Positions 39,440 to 51,305 of a DNA stretch of 55,354 nucleotides are shown in pieces (within the stretch, counting starts at the first letter, position 1; each line of letters starts with the position of its first letter). The notes under the pieces were generated by a model that saw only the letters and a program-made list of their open reading frames with translations, ran no database searches and had not been told where the DNA came from. A program made the position numbers and the translations under genes. Origin of the DNA: Trichomonas gallinae (taxonomy: Eukaryota). Location: contig MRSU01011229.1 of the NCBI GenBank assembly GCA_008369845.1, positions 1-55,354 on the forward strand. Reading direction: 5' to 3'.

Positions 39440-41503
39440 TTAAATATAATTAACAATATCATCTTCATTAATCTTAATATATTCGCGCTTGATAGCATTA
39501 TTCAATGATGTTTCGATTTCATCATCTGAAATAAAGTCTATTTCTGATTTAAGCTTTTTAACAAATAAATCTTTTGGCAAACTCTTCGCACGCTTAATAA
39601 TATAAACTATCTTAGCAATTATTCGGTCTTTTCGTTGTTGCTCGGCTTCAAGATTAATATCATCATTTTCGTAGTTTGGAATTCTAAAAGATGGAAGCGG
39701 AAGAACAAAGTTTCCTTCTGTTGCTATTTTATTGTCTTGGTCTATAATCTTTAGAGATAACAGCTGCGATCTAATTTCTTTTGGAATTTCCATATTATTT
39801 TTAATTGCAATTAAAGCTTGAAGATGGACAAGGGATCCGCTAAATGTTGCATTTCCATATTTAAATTCAACAGTTTCTAGCTCTGAAATCCATGATATTT
39901 TCTTATTTGGTTCATTAAACTGAGATTGGAACTCAGATCTACAATTTGCAATATCTCCTGGGATAAAGTGGAACACTGAAGGATATTGGGGCCATGAATC
40001 ATATTTAATTACAATTATTTTTCCGGGCAAGCTTAAATTATAGGTTTTTTCACGGCTCTCTTTGACATCTGATATCATCTGATATGTTTTCTTCACTCCA
40101 TCATTGCCAACAATCTCTTCAACAGCTTGTGTGAATAATTCTTCATTTTCAATGAATGAATAATTTTCTTTTAACAATCTGTTGACTAAATACGATGCAT
40201 TTTCGACAATAAAATCATCTATCGACGATAATTGCCTGAAAAAGAAAATAAAATCTGATAAATTTTTGGAAAATTCGGAATTTTGAATTTCAGCATTGAT
40301 AAATTCTGCAAACATGATTTCTAGACGTTTGTACTTGGTTCTCATTTCAGTGCCAAAGCATTTAAACGTTTCTGTCATTGAATCTAAATTTAATTTTGTC
40401 TTTAATTCCCTGAAACATAATAGGTCCTTTAGTAGTGTCTTTACAGTATTCATATTCGTGCTCTGTTTGGCCTTTTCAACTCTGCTTTTTGCGTAAAATT
40501 TAAATTCATCTAAAAACAGTTCTTGCATTTCAGCGTTGTAATCACAGAGATTAGAAAGCTTAACAATGCTGTTGAATGTCTGTGACTGAACAAGAAAATC
40601 AATGATTGGCTGCATATCTGTGTAGAATCTTAATCCATAGAGTGTTTGCCTTGATGTATCGACTATTTCTAGGCTTGTTGCTGGTTTAAAGAATTTTATA
40701 ATTGATATTTCTGTATTTATTTGTGTTTCGAACCAATCGATTAATTTATCTGGAGATTCACTTGGATGTTTCAAATTCTGATAGTAATTCATTGCATCAT
40801 CTAATAAAGGATCTAATAATGCGCTTTCTACCTCGAAAAACTGCGAACAATTAGCGATTAATTGAAAAACTTGTTCATCAATTTTGTCTGTCGCATTTTT
40901 AATTCGAGAATCTTTAAATGCTTCTGCTAAAAACTTAACTAATAAACTTTGGGAGTCTGAATCTACATTTAGTTGGTTGATAAATATATCTTTTACAGAT
41001 TGTTTAATTGTAACTGGATAGAGATATGTCTTTTCAAAAGGTACGAATAATGTTTCGAGTTTTTCGATTGTTTGTTGAATTTTTGTGAATAAATTTAACA
41101 AATCTTGGTAATTATTAAGTGTTTTGATCTGTTTTACAACATCAATAGCATATGATTTGATAGTATTTGTGAATTCTTTTGCGAGATTTTGTGTTTGTGC
41201 TTGATTTTTGCTCAATTTTTCAATTAATAAATAAGCAGACTCATAATTCGATGCTCTAACATTTTCGAATGTTTGCTTTGTGCATTCTAGAATGAGTTTC
41301 CACTGATCATCGAAGTTTTCTTCTTTTTGTTGATCAGGAAAATTTAAATTAATTGCAATTGGCGATGATTTTACTGTTTTCTTTGCTTTAATTGTCCTAG
41401 TGGACTTCTTTGTCGTAGAACTCTGCGAATCTTGATTGATTCTATCAAGAATCTGTGAAACTGAAGGATTTTGCATTTTATTATTGTTACTTTTTTGGTT
41501 CAT
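39440..41503 (-). CDS. Divergent cullin-family protein
   Basis: W..I, helical repeats, F......YL..RLL, M..D...S, WP.YP, neddylation-site-like I.A.IV.IIK..K and terminal ..I.REYI. Confidence 0.8.
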   Translation of the reverse strand: MNQKSNNNKMQNPSVSQILDRINQDSQSSTTKKSTRTIKAKKTVKSSPIAINLNFPDQQKEENFDDQWKLILECTKQTFENVRASNYESAYLLIEKLSKNQAQTQNLAKEFTNTIKSYAIDVVKQIKTLNNYQDLLNLFTKIQQTIEKLETLFVPFEKTYLYPVTIKQSVKDIFINQLNVDSDSQSLLVKFLAEAFKDSRIKNATDKIDEQVFQLIANCSQFFEVESALLDPLLDDAMNYYQNLKHPSESPDKLIDWFETQINTEISIIKFFKPATSLEIVDTSRQTLYGLRFYTDMQPIIDFLVQSQTFNSIVKLSNLCDYNAEMQELFLDEFKFYAKSRVEKAKQSTNMNTVKTLLKDLLCFRELKTKLNLDSMTETFKCFGTEMRTKYKRLEIMFAEFINAEIQNSEFSKNLSDFIFFFRQLSSIDDFIVENASYLVNRLLKENYSFIENEELFTQAVEEIVGNDGVKKTYQMISDVKESREKTYNLSLPGKIIVIKYDSWPQYPSVFHFIPGDIANCRSEFQSQFNEPNKKISWISELETVEFKYGNATFSGSLVHLQALIAIKNNMEIPKEIRSQLLSLKIIDQDNKIATEGNFVLPLPSFRIPNYENDDINLEAEQQRKDRIIAKIVYIIKRAKSLPKDLFVKKLKSEIDFISDDEIETSLNNAIKREYIKINEDDIVNYI

Positions 41504-41801
41504 TTTTTTATCATATTCATATATAAAAATGTCTACAAAATATAATAAACGCGAAATTATTTCAAAATAATGAGTTTATTTTTATCAAATTTAAAAATTA
41601 GCTGGTTATTCAAATATGTAGCATAAAATAGATTGTTTATGAACTAGATATTTTATCATTAGGTACTTTTGGATTGTTAATTAATATTTTTCTATTCACA
41701 AAATATAAATTAGAATGTTATTCAAATTCTTAAAATAAAATAAACTGTATATGAGATAAATATTTTATTATTATGTACTTTTGGTAATCGATTTCCATAA
41801 C

Positions 41802-42353
41802 ATGAGCAATTATCTCTTATTTCGATTTGAAGAAATAATTTATCAGCATTTTGCTGAAAATAAGCTATCTAGTGCTCTCCAATGCGCATATGTTCAGTAT
41901 TTGATTGCTCTTTATACAATTCATAATGATCAAGAGTTTTTAGCGCATTATGCAGAAAGATATCAAGCAATTATCGAATTATTGACTACATATGCTCATC
42001 ATGCCAAATTCCAAGATAGAAGCACAATTACGAATGCATTATTCAACTTTATGAAAAGATGCCCGAGAGAAATTCTTTATAACTACGAAAGAAAAGAATT
42101 CTTTGGTTTCTTGGAGGATACCATTGTATCTGAAGGCGATGTGCTAGCTGATGGATTAAATATACTTAGTATCAAGCTTGAAATTCAAGATTTTGATGTT
42201 CCACGAATCGAGACTGTTATGAATTTATTTGATGATCCAGATGATGTACGCGATTTGATACTAAAAATGAAAGATTCTGAAAATGATAAGGAATCTGCTA
42301 CAGCACTATTAATAGACATATATATGACCACTGCATATCAAGACCATGAATAA
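41802..42353 (+). CDS. Hypothetical helical protein
   Basis: 183-aa ORF from ATG 41802 with protein-like composition; it may be the C-terminal remnant of a larger ARM-like gene. Confidence 0.55.
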   Translation: MSNYLLFRFEEIIYQHFAENKLSSALQCAYVQYLIALYTIHNDQEFLAHYAERYQAIIELLTTYAHHAKFQDRSTITNALFNFMKRCPREILYNYERKEFFGFLEDTIVSEGDVLADGLNILSIKLEIQDFDVPRIETVMNLFDDPDDVRDLILKMKDSENDKESATALLIDIYMTTAYQDHE

Positions 42354-43479
42354 TTTCATACAGCATCATTTCTACGAAGCAGAGGATATCAGATAGAGCT
42401 ACAGATGGTTGTTGTATGTGGATTCATCTGCTTGATTGAACGTATTAATGTCCCTGTTGTTGCAATATCTGTGGATATTGACAACAAATGAAGCCGCATA
42501 TTTTTAGATTTTTGAAAAAACAATAATAAGTGAGATGTTAAACATCTCATAATCAAGTAAAGTATCATATGTTAACCGTAAATATACGATTTGTAAATCG
42601 AATGACTGCAGCTTTTTGAATCTTTGGTAACTTTTTAAAATATTTTGCAAACAAAATCAGTATCATGAATGAAAATATATTTTTCAATATCAAAGAATTT
42701 GACTGGACCAATATCGAGGATCAAAATTTGTAATTTCTACACTCTTATATGATACTAGCAAATCCTTTTGTATGAATGGAAAGAGATAATCCTTGAGTTT
42801 GAATGAAAAAATACGAAGTATATTTTAATTTCGAATATTCAACAAGAAAATCGAGTATATAAGATTTAATTTCTGACCTACTATTAGGGTATATAGTGTA
42901 ATATCATACTTACCTATTAGGCTTGTTTAGTTCTAATTACCTCCCCTAATAGACGTCGAAAATTAGAATGTTAAATTTTTGACAAATGCCAGAAATGGTA
43001 TGTATCCACGTTTGCGATTATCATAGTCTACATCCTGATTGGTGTATAAATCAATATACCAACTCGTTTAAGGAAAAATTAGATTTTGGAAAATGGATAA
43101 AACTTTTGATGAAGAGATACTGAAGAAGGAAATTGTTAATAAAAAAGCATAAATTTAGTTTTGAAATATGCAAATATTGTGTATTATAGAAATACATTTA
43201 CTCCTGCTCCATAGTATCCTAATTGATGTATAAAAATACTGGCAGTCTCAGAAAATGTATTTATGAAGGAGCATACTTAAAATATACAGTGAAACATCTT
43301 GAAATTCATTCATTATTTTGAGATTTTAAAAATCTCATCGAATAAGCAAAATTGAAGATTTTTTGTTAAAGAATTATGAATATTTATGTTGAATACAGTA
43401 TATACCACGTGTTTATTTTTCATTGACTATTTACATAAAAATGACAGACTTATTTTATATTTTTGTTTTTTCTCATAAT

Positions 43480-46400
43480 ATGAACAGCCCAGATTTCTCT
43501 GAACTGGGAAAATTGTCTTCTAAAGACGGTATTAAAGGTTTGTCCAGCTTTTCACAAGCAATTGACTCTCAAAATTGGAGATTTTTAAATCAATTCAGCT
43601 TAAATCGTTATTTCGAATTATTATATAACTTCCTCGACGAAAAATCCACTATTGACATTACTAATTTCCTATTTAAAGATCCACTTTTGACTAATATCAA
43701 CGAAATTATTCAAAGTCGCTCCTCAGAATTAGACTTTACTACAATTTTAAACATCTTGAATCGAATTAAATCATATCACTCAGCTTTAATTGTTGAAAAA
43801 TTTCAATTTAAAACTTTGGTGCCACATTTCACGAAAATTAGAGATGACAATTGCAAAAGGATCATGATAGATCTGGCTGCTACAATGATCAAAAATACTA
43901 CGGAATTTCCAAGAGAAACTCACGATTTTGCAATTCGAATTTCAGAATTCGTCAAAAATAATATCAATACATGTATAACTTCTGAAGACCTCAAAAATTT
44001 ATACATAATTCTTGATAGTATGATTGTTAATGAATTAGTCGCAAGAAATTTAATCCAATTAGATTTCCTTCCATGTATTAAACTCAAAGACGATGATGAA
44101 AATTCACACACACTGGCTGTTAAGCAGCAACTTGATTATTTGGTAGATTTATTGCCGAGATACGGTTTCTCAGATAATTTTTACAAAAGAAGCGTTTCAT
44201 CAAAACCAAAGTATATATTACCAAACATTTCCGAATTTTTAAACGTTTTGCAGCCGGTTATTGTCGAATATTTTCAATCCAAAAATAAATCAAACGAATA
44301 TAATTTATTCAAATACGGCGCAAAACCCATCCTCTATTTGCTGGCCTACTCATACAAATACAAACCGATGGAATGGAATCCAGGCTATACGTTAGTTATT
44401 AAAAAAATAATTGAAAAAGAAGATCAAATTTATGCGCCATTTATCTTGCTTCTGCTTCTCAATGTAAAACAGCTTCCCGATATTATCATTTATGCGCCAT
44501 TTGTTCAAAAATATTTATCATTAGCCAATCCTTCATTAGAATGGTATCAATCAACTATAGACTTCTTAAATTATTCATCAGTTCCAAAATTTTTGTCTTT
44601 TGATCATCTTTTAAACAACTTTCCGCAAGATTTCAAATTTCCAATGATTTCTCCAATGATTGACCTTCTAAAAGAAAAAACATACACTGGTGTTAAAGAG
44701 GGAGACATGACCCGTTGTTTAAGATACCTTTTACACAATTTTGTTAAATTACAAGAATTAGAAGTAAGAATGATAAGCGATTGGAGCGAGAATGATGTAA
44801 GTGTTAATTTAACCATACTTGATTTGGGTCAAAATGCAGAAAATATTCCTCCGTTGCAAAATTTTGGAATTATTATATCAAAATACATTCTACTCAGTGG
44901 CAAATATGATTTCCAATACCTAGTGAACGCGTTCACTAAATATAAGCTTGATGAATACACTAGCATGCCTACAACTGATAATGGAGCAGGAATTTCTATA
45001 TGGAAGCTCTACAACTATTTTCACTGCGACAAGGAATTATATAACTATAGGTTCAGTATTGTAGATACAAATAATGAAGCGCACGAATTTTCGGTTTATG
45101 ATAATTTTTATTCATCGGTTTTATCGCTTCTTTCGAATCCATATGAGATAAATACCTTCGAGTGCAATGTTATAATTGAAGAAGGCGAAATAGAACGAAC
45201 GCAGCCAACTGTAAGATCAAATATCTTCGATAATTATCTTTCTTACAGAATAGTTGAACTAATCCGTGTATTCTATAAAGCTACTGATTTCCAAATAATT
45301 GATTCAGAATTAGACAAAAGATGTTACGAGTCTTTTAATAATTTAATGATTACATGCGGATTTCATTCCCCAGAGTCTTGTGTTGTCTTCAATTATCCTT
45401 TCTTGTTCTCAATGAGGACTCGCATCGCTCTTTTACGTACAGCATTCATGGATTTCGAAACAGCTTATAATTTCGTAATCAAAGAGTATAATCGTAATGT
45501 TAAACAAACAAGAACTAATAATAGAGTTACGTTATTCATTGAACGTTCCAAAATATACGAAGATGGAATTAAAATTTTGGATTTATTCGGCAAAGGAACA
45601 CTTCCGTTTGATATTCAGTTCAAAAACGAACCAGGTATCGGCCAAGGACCAACGAGAGAGTTCATGCAGCTCCTTGCACAAGAGATAGTGAAAGATGGTG
45701 AAATGTGGAAAGAAACAAGCCAAGGATTCTTCCCTATGTACTTCACAACGAAGAACTTCTTCGAGTTTGGAATACTTGCTGGACGTTCGGTGCTCTCTAA
45801 CAGCCCTATAAATATTCCATTGAGCAAATATTTCTTTTCACTCTGCAAAGGTGAAAATGTTCATCTTAAAGACGTAGATCCTCAAATGTATAATTCTATT
45901 AAGAATGCTGTTGGTGGAGAAGAGCCATCAATAAGGGATTTGCAGAATTCGCAATTAATTGGACTCAACTTCGAGCTAATCAACGGCGAGAACATCGATG
46001 TCACGCCAGACAACGTTGCTGATTTCTACTACAAGGCAATGAATGTCGCAGGCAGCACAGAGCAAGCAATCAAAGAGTTTTTGCGCGGCTTCAACACTGT
46101 TTTACCAAGAGACTGCATGAAGATGTTCACCGCTGACGAGCTTTTAAGGATCATATGCGGCGACAACACTGGGTTCACTATTGAAGAATTCGAGGCTCAG
46201 GTAACAATAGGATCTGATGCGACACCCAAAATGCGCAGGATGCTTGCAGAGGTTGTCTGCGGTTTCGACCAGAAAATGCGCGCGAAGTTCATAGAGTTTG
46301 TCACCGGTTCTCCATGTCTTCCTATTGGTGGACTTGGAAGCCTTGACCCAAAGATACAGATACAGCTGAAAAGAGGTGACAGCGTTAGCCTTCCTTCTGT

Positions 46401-46512
46401 TACTACTTGCACGAACTACTTGAAGATTCCAAACTACCCAACGATAGAGGTGATGCGCGAAAAGTTTATCACTGCCCTAGAATACTGCGGTAACCATTTC
46501 GCACTTTCATGA
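43480..46512 (+). CDS. HECT E3 ubiquitin ligase, TRIP12/UFD4-like
   Basis: YPFLFS..TR, QFKNE.G.G.GPTREF, F..FVTGSP.LPIGGL..L.P, LPSVTTCTNYLKIPNY (catalytic Cys), terminal F.LS. ATG 43480 follows TCATA; alternative ATG at 43441. Confidence 0.92.
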   Translation: MNSPDFSELGKLSSKDGIKGLSSFSQAIDSQNWRFLNQFSLNRYFELLYNFLDEKSTIDITNFLFKDPLLTNINEIIQSRSSELDFTTILNILNRIKSYHSALIVEKFQFKTLVPHFTKIRDDNCKRIMIDLAATMIKNTTEFPRETHDFAIRISEFVKNNINTCITSEDLKNLYIILDSMIVNELVARNLIQLDFLPCIKLKDDDENSHTLAVKQQLDYLVDLLPRYGFSDNFYKRSVSSKPKYILPNISEFLNVLQPVIVEYFQSKNKSNEYNLFKYGAKPILYLLAYSYKYKPMEWNPGYTLVIKKIIEKEDQIYAPFILLLLLNVKQLPDIIIYAPFVQKYLSLANPSLEWYQSTIDFLNYSSVPKFLSFDHLLNNFPQDFKFPMISPMIDLLKEKTYTGVKEGDMTRCLRYLLHNFVKLQELEVRMISDWSENDVSVNLTILDLGQNAENIPPLQNFGIIISKYILLSGKYDFQYLVNAFTKYKLDEYTSMPTTDNGAGISIWKLYNYFHCDKELYNYRFSIVDTNNEAHEFSVYDNFYSSVLSLLSNPYEINTFECNVIIEEGEIERTQPTVRSNIFDNYLSYRIVELIRVFYKATDFQIIDSELDKRCYESFNNLMITCGFHSPESCVVFNYPFLFSMRTRIALLRTAFMDFETAYNFVIKEYNRNVKQTRTNNRVTLFIERSKIYEDGIKILDLFGKGTLPFDIQFKNEPGIGQGPTREFMQLLAQEIVKDGEMWKETSQGFFPMYFTTKNFFEFGILAGRSVLSNSPINIPLSKYFFSLCKGENVHLKDVDPQMYNSIKNAVGGEEPSIRDLQNSQLIGLNFELINGENIDVTPDNVADFYYKAMNVAGSTEQAIKEFLRGFNTVLPRDCMKMFTADELLRIICGDNTGFTIEEFEAQVTIGSDATPKMRRMLAEVVCGFDQKMRAKFIEFVTGSPCLPIGGLGSLDPKIQIQLKRGDSVSLPSVTTCTNYLKIPNYPTIEVMREKFITALEYCGNHFALS

Positions 46513-47558
46513 TTTTTTCTTTTATATATATCTGTCAATAAAATTTGTTTTAATAACTATTATACAATGTTTTATAAACATAAATGATACTCAAAACTGA
46601 GATGAAATTACTCATGGAATACTAATTTCAACTTATCTCATTATTCTTTCAAGATTGGATAACAAAACTATGAATATATATGTTCATAACAGTGCTCTAT
46701 CTATTTATATAAACATAATTGTTTTAAGTTTATCCAATCTTGAGATATAATTAAAATTTCTGGAACATCCTAAATGATTTTTTTTTAATTATTTTTTTTT
46801 CGAGATAAGTATGAGCATTGTAGGATTATATATCTTTGTAAATTATTATATACTGCTCTTAAGATATCTGTATCTTGAGTTTCAATGTCAATATATGTCA
46901 TGGAACAAAGTTATAATCAATTTGTATTTCTTAATCAAGTATGTACTGTTTTGTAGTTGTAAAGATATACAAAAATGTAATATATCATCATGTAAATATA
47001 GATAAATAGTGTAATGTGATCAAAATTAGTTTTATCTTAAGAATAGAAGTAGAATTTCATAATTCATTCCAGAAAGTTATAATTAATGGAAGAAAATGGT
47101 GTTATTAATATTGTGTTAGAGATAGATTGTAAACATTAGAAAGCTTAATGAAACTTTTCAATAATTTTGGAAAAAATATAAATCCAAATCTCATAATTTA
47201 AGCTTTATTACCAGCATTGTAATCCAATTATAGAAGTGATAATGATGAAATTAAAATTGGGGAAAATCAAGTTCAAGAGTGATAATAAGATTTATTTCGA
47301 TGAAGATCATGTTTCGATTGAATCATTTTGCATATTATGAGCATCTACCAATGCATGCAACTGGAATTTGTTGGTTACATGTGTTTCACGATATGACTGT
47401 TTAAAAAATGGTTGATTACGACACTAATAAATATTGTTATGCATACCATTCTCTATTGAACAAACGGTGGAATTTGTTTTGTGAAAAGATTTAAGATTGA
47501 ATCGAAAAATTTTATTTCAATTTTGAATGTTCACAGAAAAAACTGTGGTTAGCATTTT

Positions 47559-48539
47559 ATGATGTTTATTCACGCTCTATTGTTCATCCATATAAAGGCG
47601 AATTCCATGACTAATATTGATGAGGATCCAATAATCCTAATATTCCCAGATGATCAAAAGATAAATGTTTCTTTTGATTTTTATATCGATGAAGAAAGAT
47701 GTCAAGGATTCACAGACAAGAAATGGAATGTAATGCAAAATAGTCAACTCATATTTGAAGACAATATTATCATTTATGATGGAAAAATACATATAAAATA
47801 CAATAATAGTTTTAATATTGAAAGTTTAAATGATTTTGGAAGTTATCATTATTTTCCGTTGGTTGCTTTGTTCCATTTACAGAACAAATGATTAGTTATA
47901 ATGTGCTGTACAGACCGAACTTTACGATGGCTATTGAAACAATGAATCACACGATGAAAGATGTGATGATAATTGAAGGAAATATATCGGATTGGGACAG
48001 CAGTAATTTATAATTCAAATTGATATTGCTGGCAAGTTATATGTTCATTATTCATTCGATGAAACAATGATGTCAAACTACTATCCAATATTTCATTGAA
48101 TATCAGACATAATCTATCTGAAGGAAATCTTTCAATTAAGTTGAAATGCATTGACAGTAATGGATTGGAATCAAAGAAAAATCCAATGTTAAAATTCTCC
48201 AAAAAAGAAGGATCAAATATTTTCACTAACAAACTAAGTTTTAACACAGATAATACATTGAACAAGCATAACTTTTAATCAGCAGAGAGAATTGCAATCA
48301 TTTTTGCAGTTGTTGGTGTCGTTGTGGTGATTGTTGTTGTCATAGTTGGTGTATGTTTAAATGCAAAGCGTTATCACGATGATCAATTGTGCCAAACAAC
48401 TTCTGATGATGTTAAACAAATCCATTCCATTGATTTGAGTATAGTCGTAAAAAGAGATGATCATGTCTTTGATTTTAACGAGTCATCCAATGATTTCATT
48501 GATGAAGAAATTGAATCCATTCTTGATGCAAGCTTTTAA
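47559..48539 (+). pseudogene. Disrupted single-pass surface protein gene (Ig/Bap-like ectodomain, TM, acidic tail)
   Basis: Protein-like fragments in shifting frames (…IIEGNISDWD, IQIDIAGK…, L.EG..SI..KCIDSNGLES), an in-frame TAA at 48276-48278, then TM IAIIFAVVGVVVVIVVVIVGVCL and an acidic tail. The 5' boundary is uncertain and may extend to about 47200. Confidence 0.65.
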
Positions 48540-49286
48540 TCAACTATTTCGTCTTTTACTGTTCTTATTAAACATTTTTATTTAATGTCAATATTATATT
48601 GCATTATTATAGTCAAAGATATGAAGCAAGCTATAAATTTTTTTGATCAACAAATCCTTTAATTTTGCATCCTAATCAATGTGATTCTATAAATTTTCAG
48701 CTCTATAAGATTATGTGCCACATATTTTTGCACTATATCTTTTAATTCATTAAATTTGATTATATTTCTGAAATATCTCATATTATCTCAAAATACAGTT
48801 TAATAATTACAATGTATGTGGAGATCTAACAAATATGTGAATGGAAGTTCTAAAATAATAAATAGTATCTTATGAAAAATAAAAAAACAGCAAAAAATTA
48901 GTAATTATTTGAAATTTAAGTCTACCATATCGAGTGTATATAGAACTGACGTGTGCCAAATTGCAGCGGATACAATTTATATGTGTTTTCAAAAGAGAAA
49001 AAATTTCGCCGCTGGAAAAATTTTACTTGACAAAATCCAGCAAATCACTCAAAAATATAAATTTAGCTGTATAAAATTATTTAAAGCATTTTCTACGCAA
49101 TGGATTTTTTCCGCTGCAGATTAAAATTTCTGCCATTTTGACACGTAAAAAGATTTTTCGTGTCTTATCAATAGCCGATAAAAACATTATAAAAGTTCCC
49201 GTTTGTTACAAACAAATCCATTTTCAATGAAATTTCGCCTAAAATTTTGGTGACAGAATTTTGAAAAAAAAAATCATTTGACCATA

Positions 49287-50621
49287 ATGGCTGAAGAACA
49301 ACCAGAGGTAAAGACATTGCCACCAATCTTCCTTGATATCTCACCAAATTCCAAGCCAACAGAAATGGACTCTCTTTGCATGAACTGCTTGAAGGAGGGC
49401 ACAACAACAATGTTGCTTACAAAGATTCCTTTCTTCAGGGAAGTCATGATCTCCCACTTTGAATGCCCACACTGTGGATACTCCGATAATGCTATCCAAT
49501 TCGCTGGTGAATTCCCAGCTAAGGGCGTTACATTCACATTGACTGCTAAATCACCAGAAGACTTGAACCGCCGTGTTATCAAGTCATCACATGCTACAAT
49601 CAAGGTCCCAGAAATCGACTTAGAAATTCCACCACAGACACAAGCAGATTCTATCAACACTGTTGAAGGCGTTTTAGAGCGTGCCTACGAGGGAATCAAG
49701 CAATCCAATCCAAATCCTACAGAAGAAGTCGCTGAATTCTTGGACAATTTAGATCAATGCCGCAAAGGTCTCGTTCAGTTCGAGTTTATCCTTGATGATC
49801 CATCAGGCAACTCATTCCTCGAGAACCCAATCGCTCCTTCACCAGATCCACAGCTCAAGTGCGAGTTCTACCGCAGAACCGCAAAGATGAACGAAGAAAT
49901 TGGCCTCAAGGTCGATCCTAAGTCCAGCGACTTCCAGGTTGAGGAAGTCACATCAAAGACAATTGACAAGTACCAGTCAGTTTTCTCAACAGACCAGCCA
50001 GTCCAGGAGATGGATACAGATTGCCCAGTTTGCTCGCACAGTGGCGTCACACGCTCATGCACACTCTCCATTCCATTCTTCAAGGAAATCATTATCATGG
50101 CTTTCAACTGCGATTACTGCGGTTATCACAATGGTGAAGTTATGATCGGTGGTGAAACATCACGCTACGGCCGCCGCATTACACTTAAGGCTGACTGTCA
50201 AGAAGATCTCAACCGTGAAGTCCTCAAATCAGAGCTCGCTGGCATTGAGATCCCAGAAGCTGAAGTCAAATTAGTCCCAGGTACACTTGGAGGCAAGTTC
50301 ACAACAGTTGAAGGCCTCTTACGTGATATCCATCAGCAGCTTTCTGCTGAGAACCCATTCATGCGCGGTGATTCTGCTGATGCTGCAGAAACAGCACGCT
50401 TCAATAGTCTTCTTGAACAAGTTCGTTCATATGCTGATGGTAAGGCACCATTTACACTTATTCTCGATGACCCAATGTCCAACTCTTTCATCCAGAAGTA
50501 CAAACTTGATGATCCAAAGCCAATAATCGAAGATTACGAGAGGACATTTGAACAGAACGAAGAGCTCGGTCTTAATGATATCAAGACAGAAGGATTCGAA
50601 ACAGTTGATGAGAAGAAATAA
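49287..50621 (+). CDS. ZPR1: Zinc finger protein ZPR1
   Basis: Two ZPR1 modules: SLCMNC...IPFFREV....F.CPHCG, DDPSGNS; CPVC...IPFFKE.....CDYCG, GTLGGKFTTVEGLL, DDP..NSFIQ, RTFEQNEELGLND. Confidence 0.96.
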   Translation: MAEEQPEVKTLPPIFLDISPNSKPTEMDSLCMNCLKEGTTTMLLTKIPFFREVMISHFECPHCGYSDNAIQFAGEFPAKGVTFTLTAKSPEDLNRRVIKSSHATIKVPEIDLEIPPQTQADSINTVEGVLERAYEGIKQSNPNPTEEVAEFLDNLDQCRKGLVQFEFILDDPSGNSFLENPIAPSPDPQLKCEFYRRTAKMNEEIGLKVDPKSSDFQVEEVTSKTIDKYQSVFSTDQPVQEMDTDCPVCSHSGVTRSCTLSIPFFKEIIIMAFNCDYCGYHNGEVMIGGETSRYGRRITLKADCQEDLNREVLKSELAGIEIPEAEVKLVPGTLGGKFTTVEGLLRDIHQQLSAENPFMRGDSADAAETARFNSLLEQVRSYADGKAPFTLILDDPMSNSFIQKYKLDDPKPIIEDYERTFEQNEELGLNDIKTEGFETVDEKK

Positions 50622-51305
50622 ATCCATAAAAAAATTTACATGAGTGTTGACAAATAAAGTAAAAAATATAATAATTTAACTCTTTCCTATCTTATCCCAA
50701 AGGCTCATGCCATTGTACTTTAATTTTTCCTATGGTTTAATACCTTTCTATAAGGATTATTAAAAACATTTTATTGTTTTTAATATTGCTCTGAATAGAA
50801 TAGAATAGGAATATTCTACATGTATGAATTATAATTATAATACTTGAATATTATTTGAATTCATTTTTAAAAATGACAATTCTTATCTATAGCTATAATT
50901 ATTAAGATTTACCACTTTAAAAATTTAATTTGTTGATTTTTAAACAAGAAAAATGAATATTTATAAAAAATAAAAAAAAATTTTCTACTAATTCGCTAGT
51001 AGCATTTTTTAATCAGGAAAAAGAGTATTTACGGGCGAAGAATAAGAATAATAGTTAATATTCAGTATCAATATGCAACTAAAATCAATTATACAGTTCG
51101 AAATTTTTGAATTGAATTAATATATGGAAGTAGACAAAATTAGGAAGCATATTTTATGCTATGATACTTATATCCCTTTCAACAAAGTATATATCATAAA
51201 TTTAATAAAAAATAATCTCAAAATGACAAAACATTAGAAAAAAGCATAAAATTTGATGAGTTAGTATTAGAAACAGTTTTAAAGATCTATACAATAATAA
51301 ATGCT

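Noticed and set aside
50793..50813. (GAATA)n, and (TA)n or poly-A tracts at about 4067, 54859 and 54923
   Set aside because: Ordinary microsatellites.
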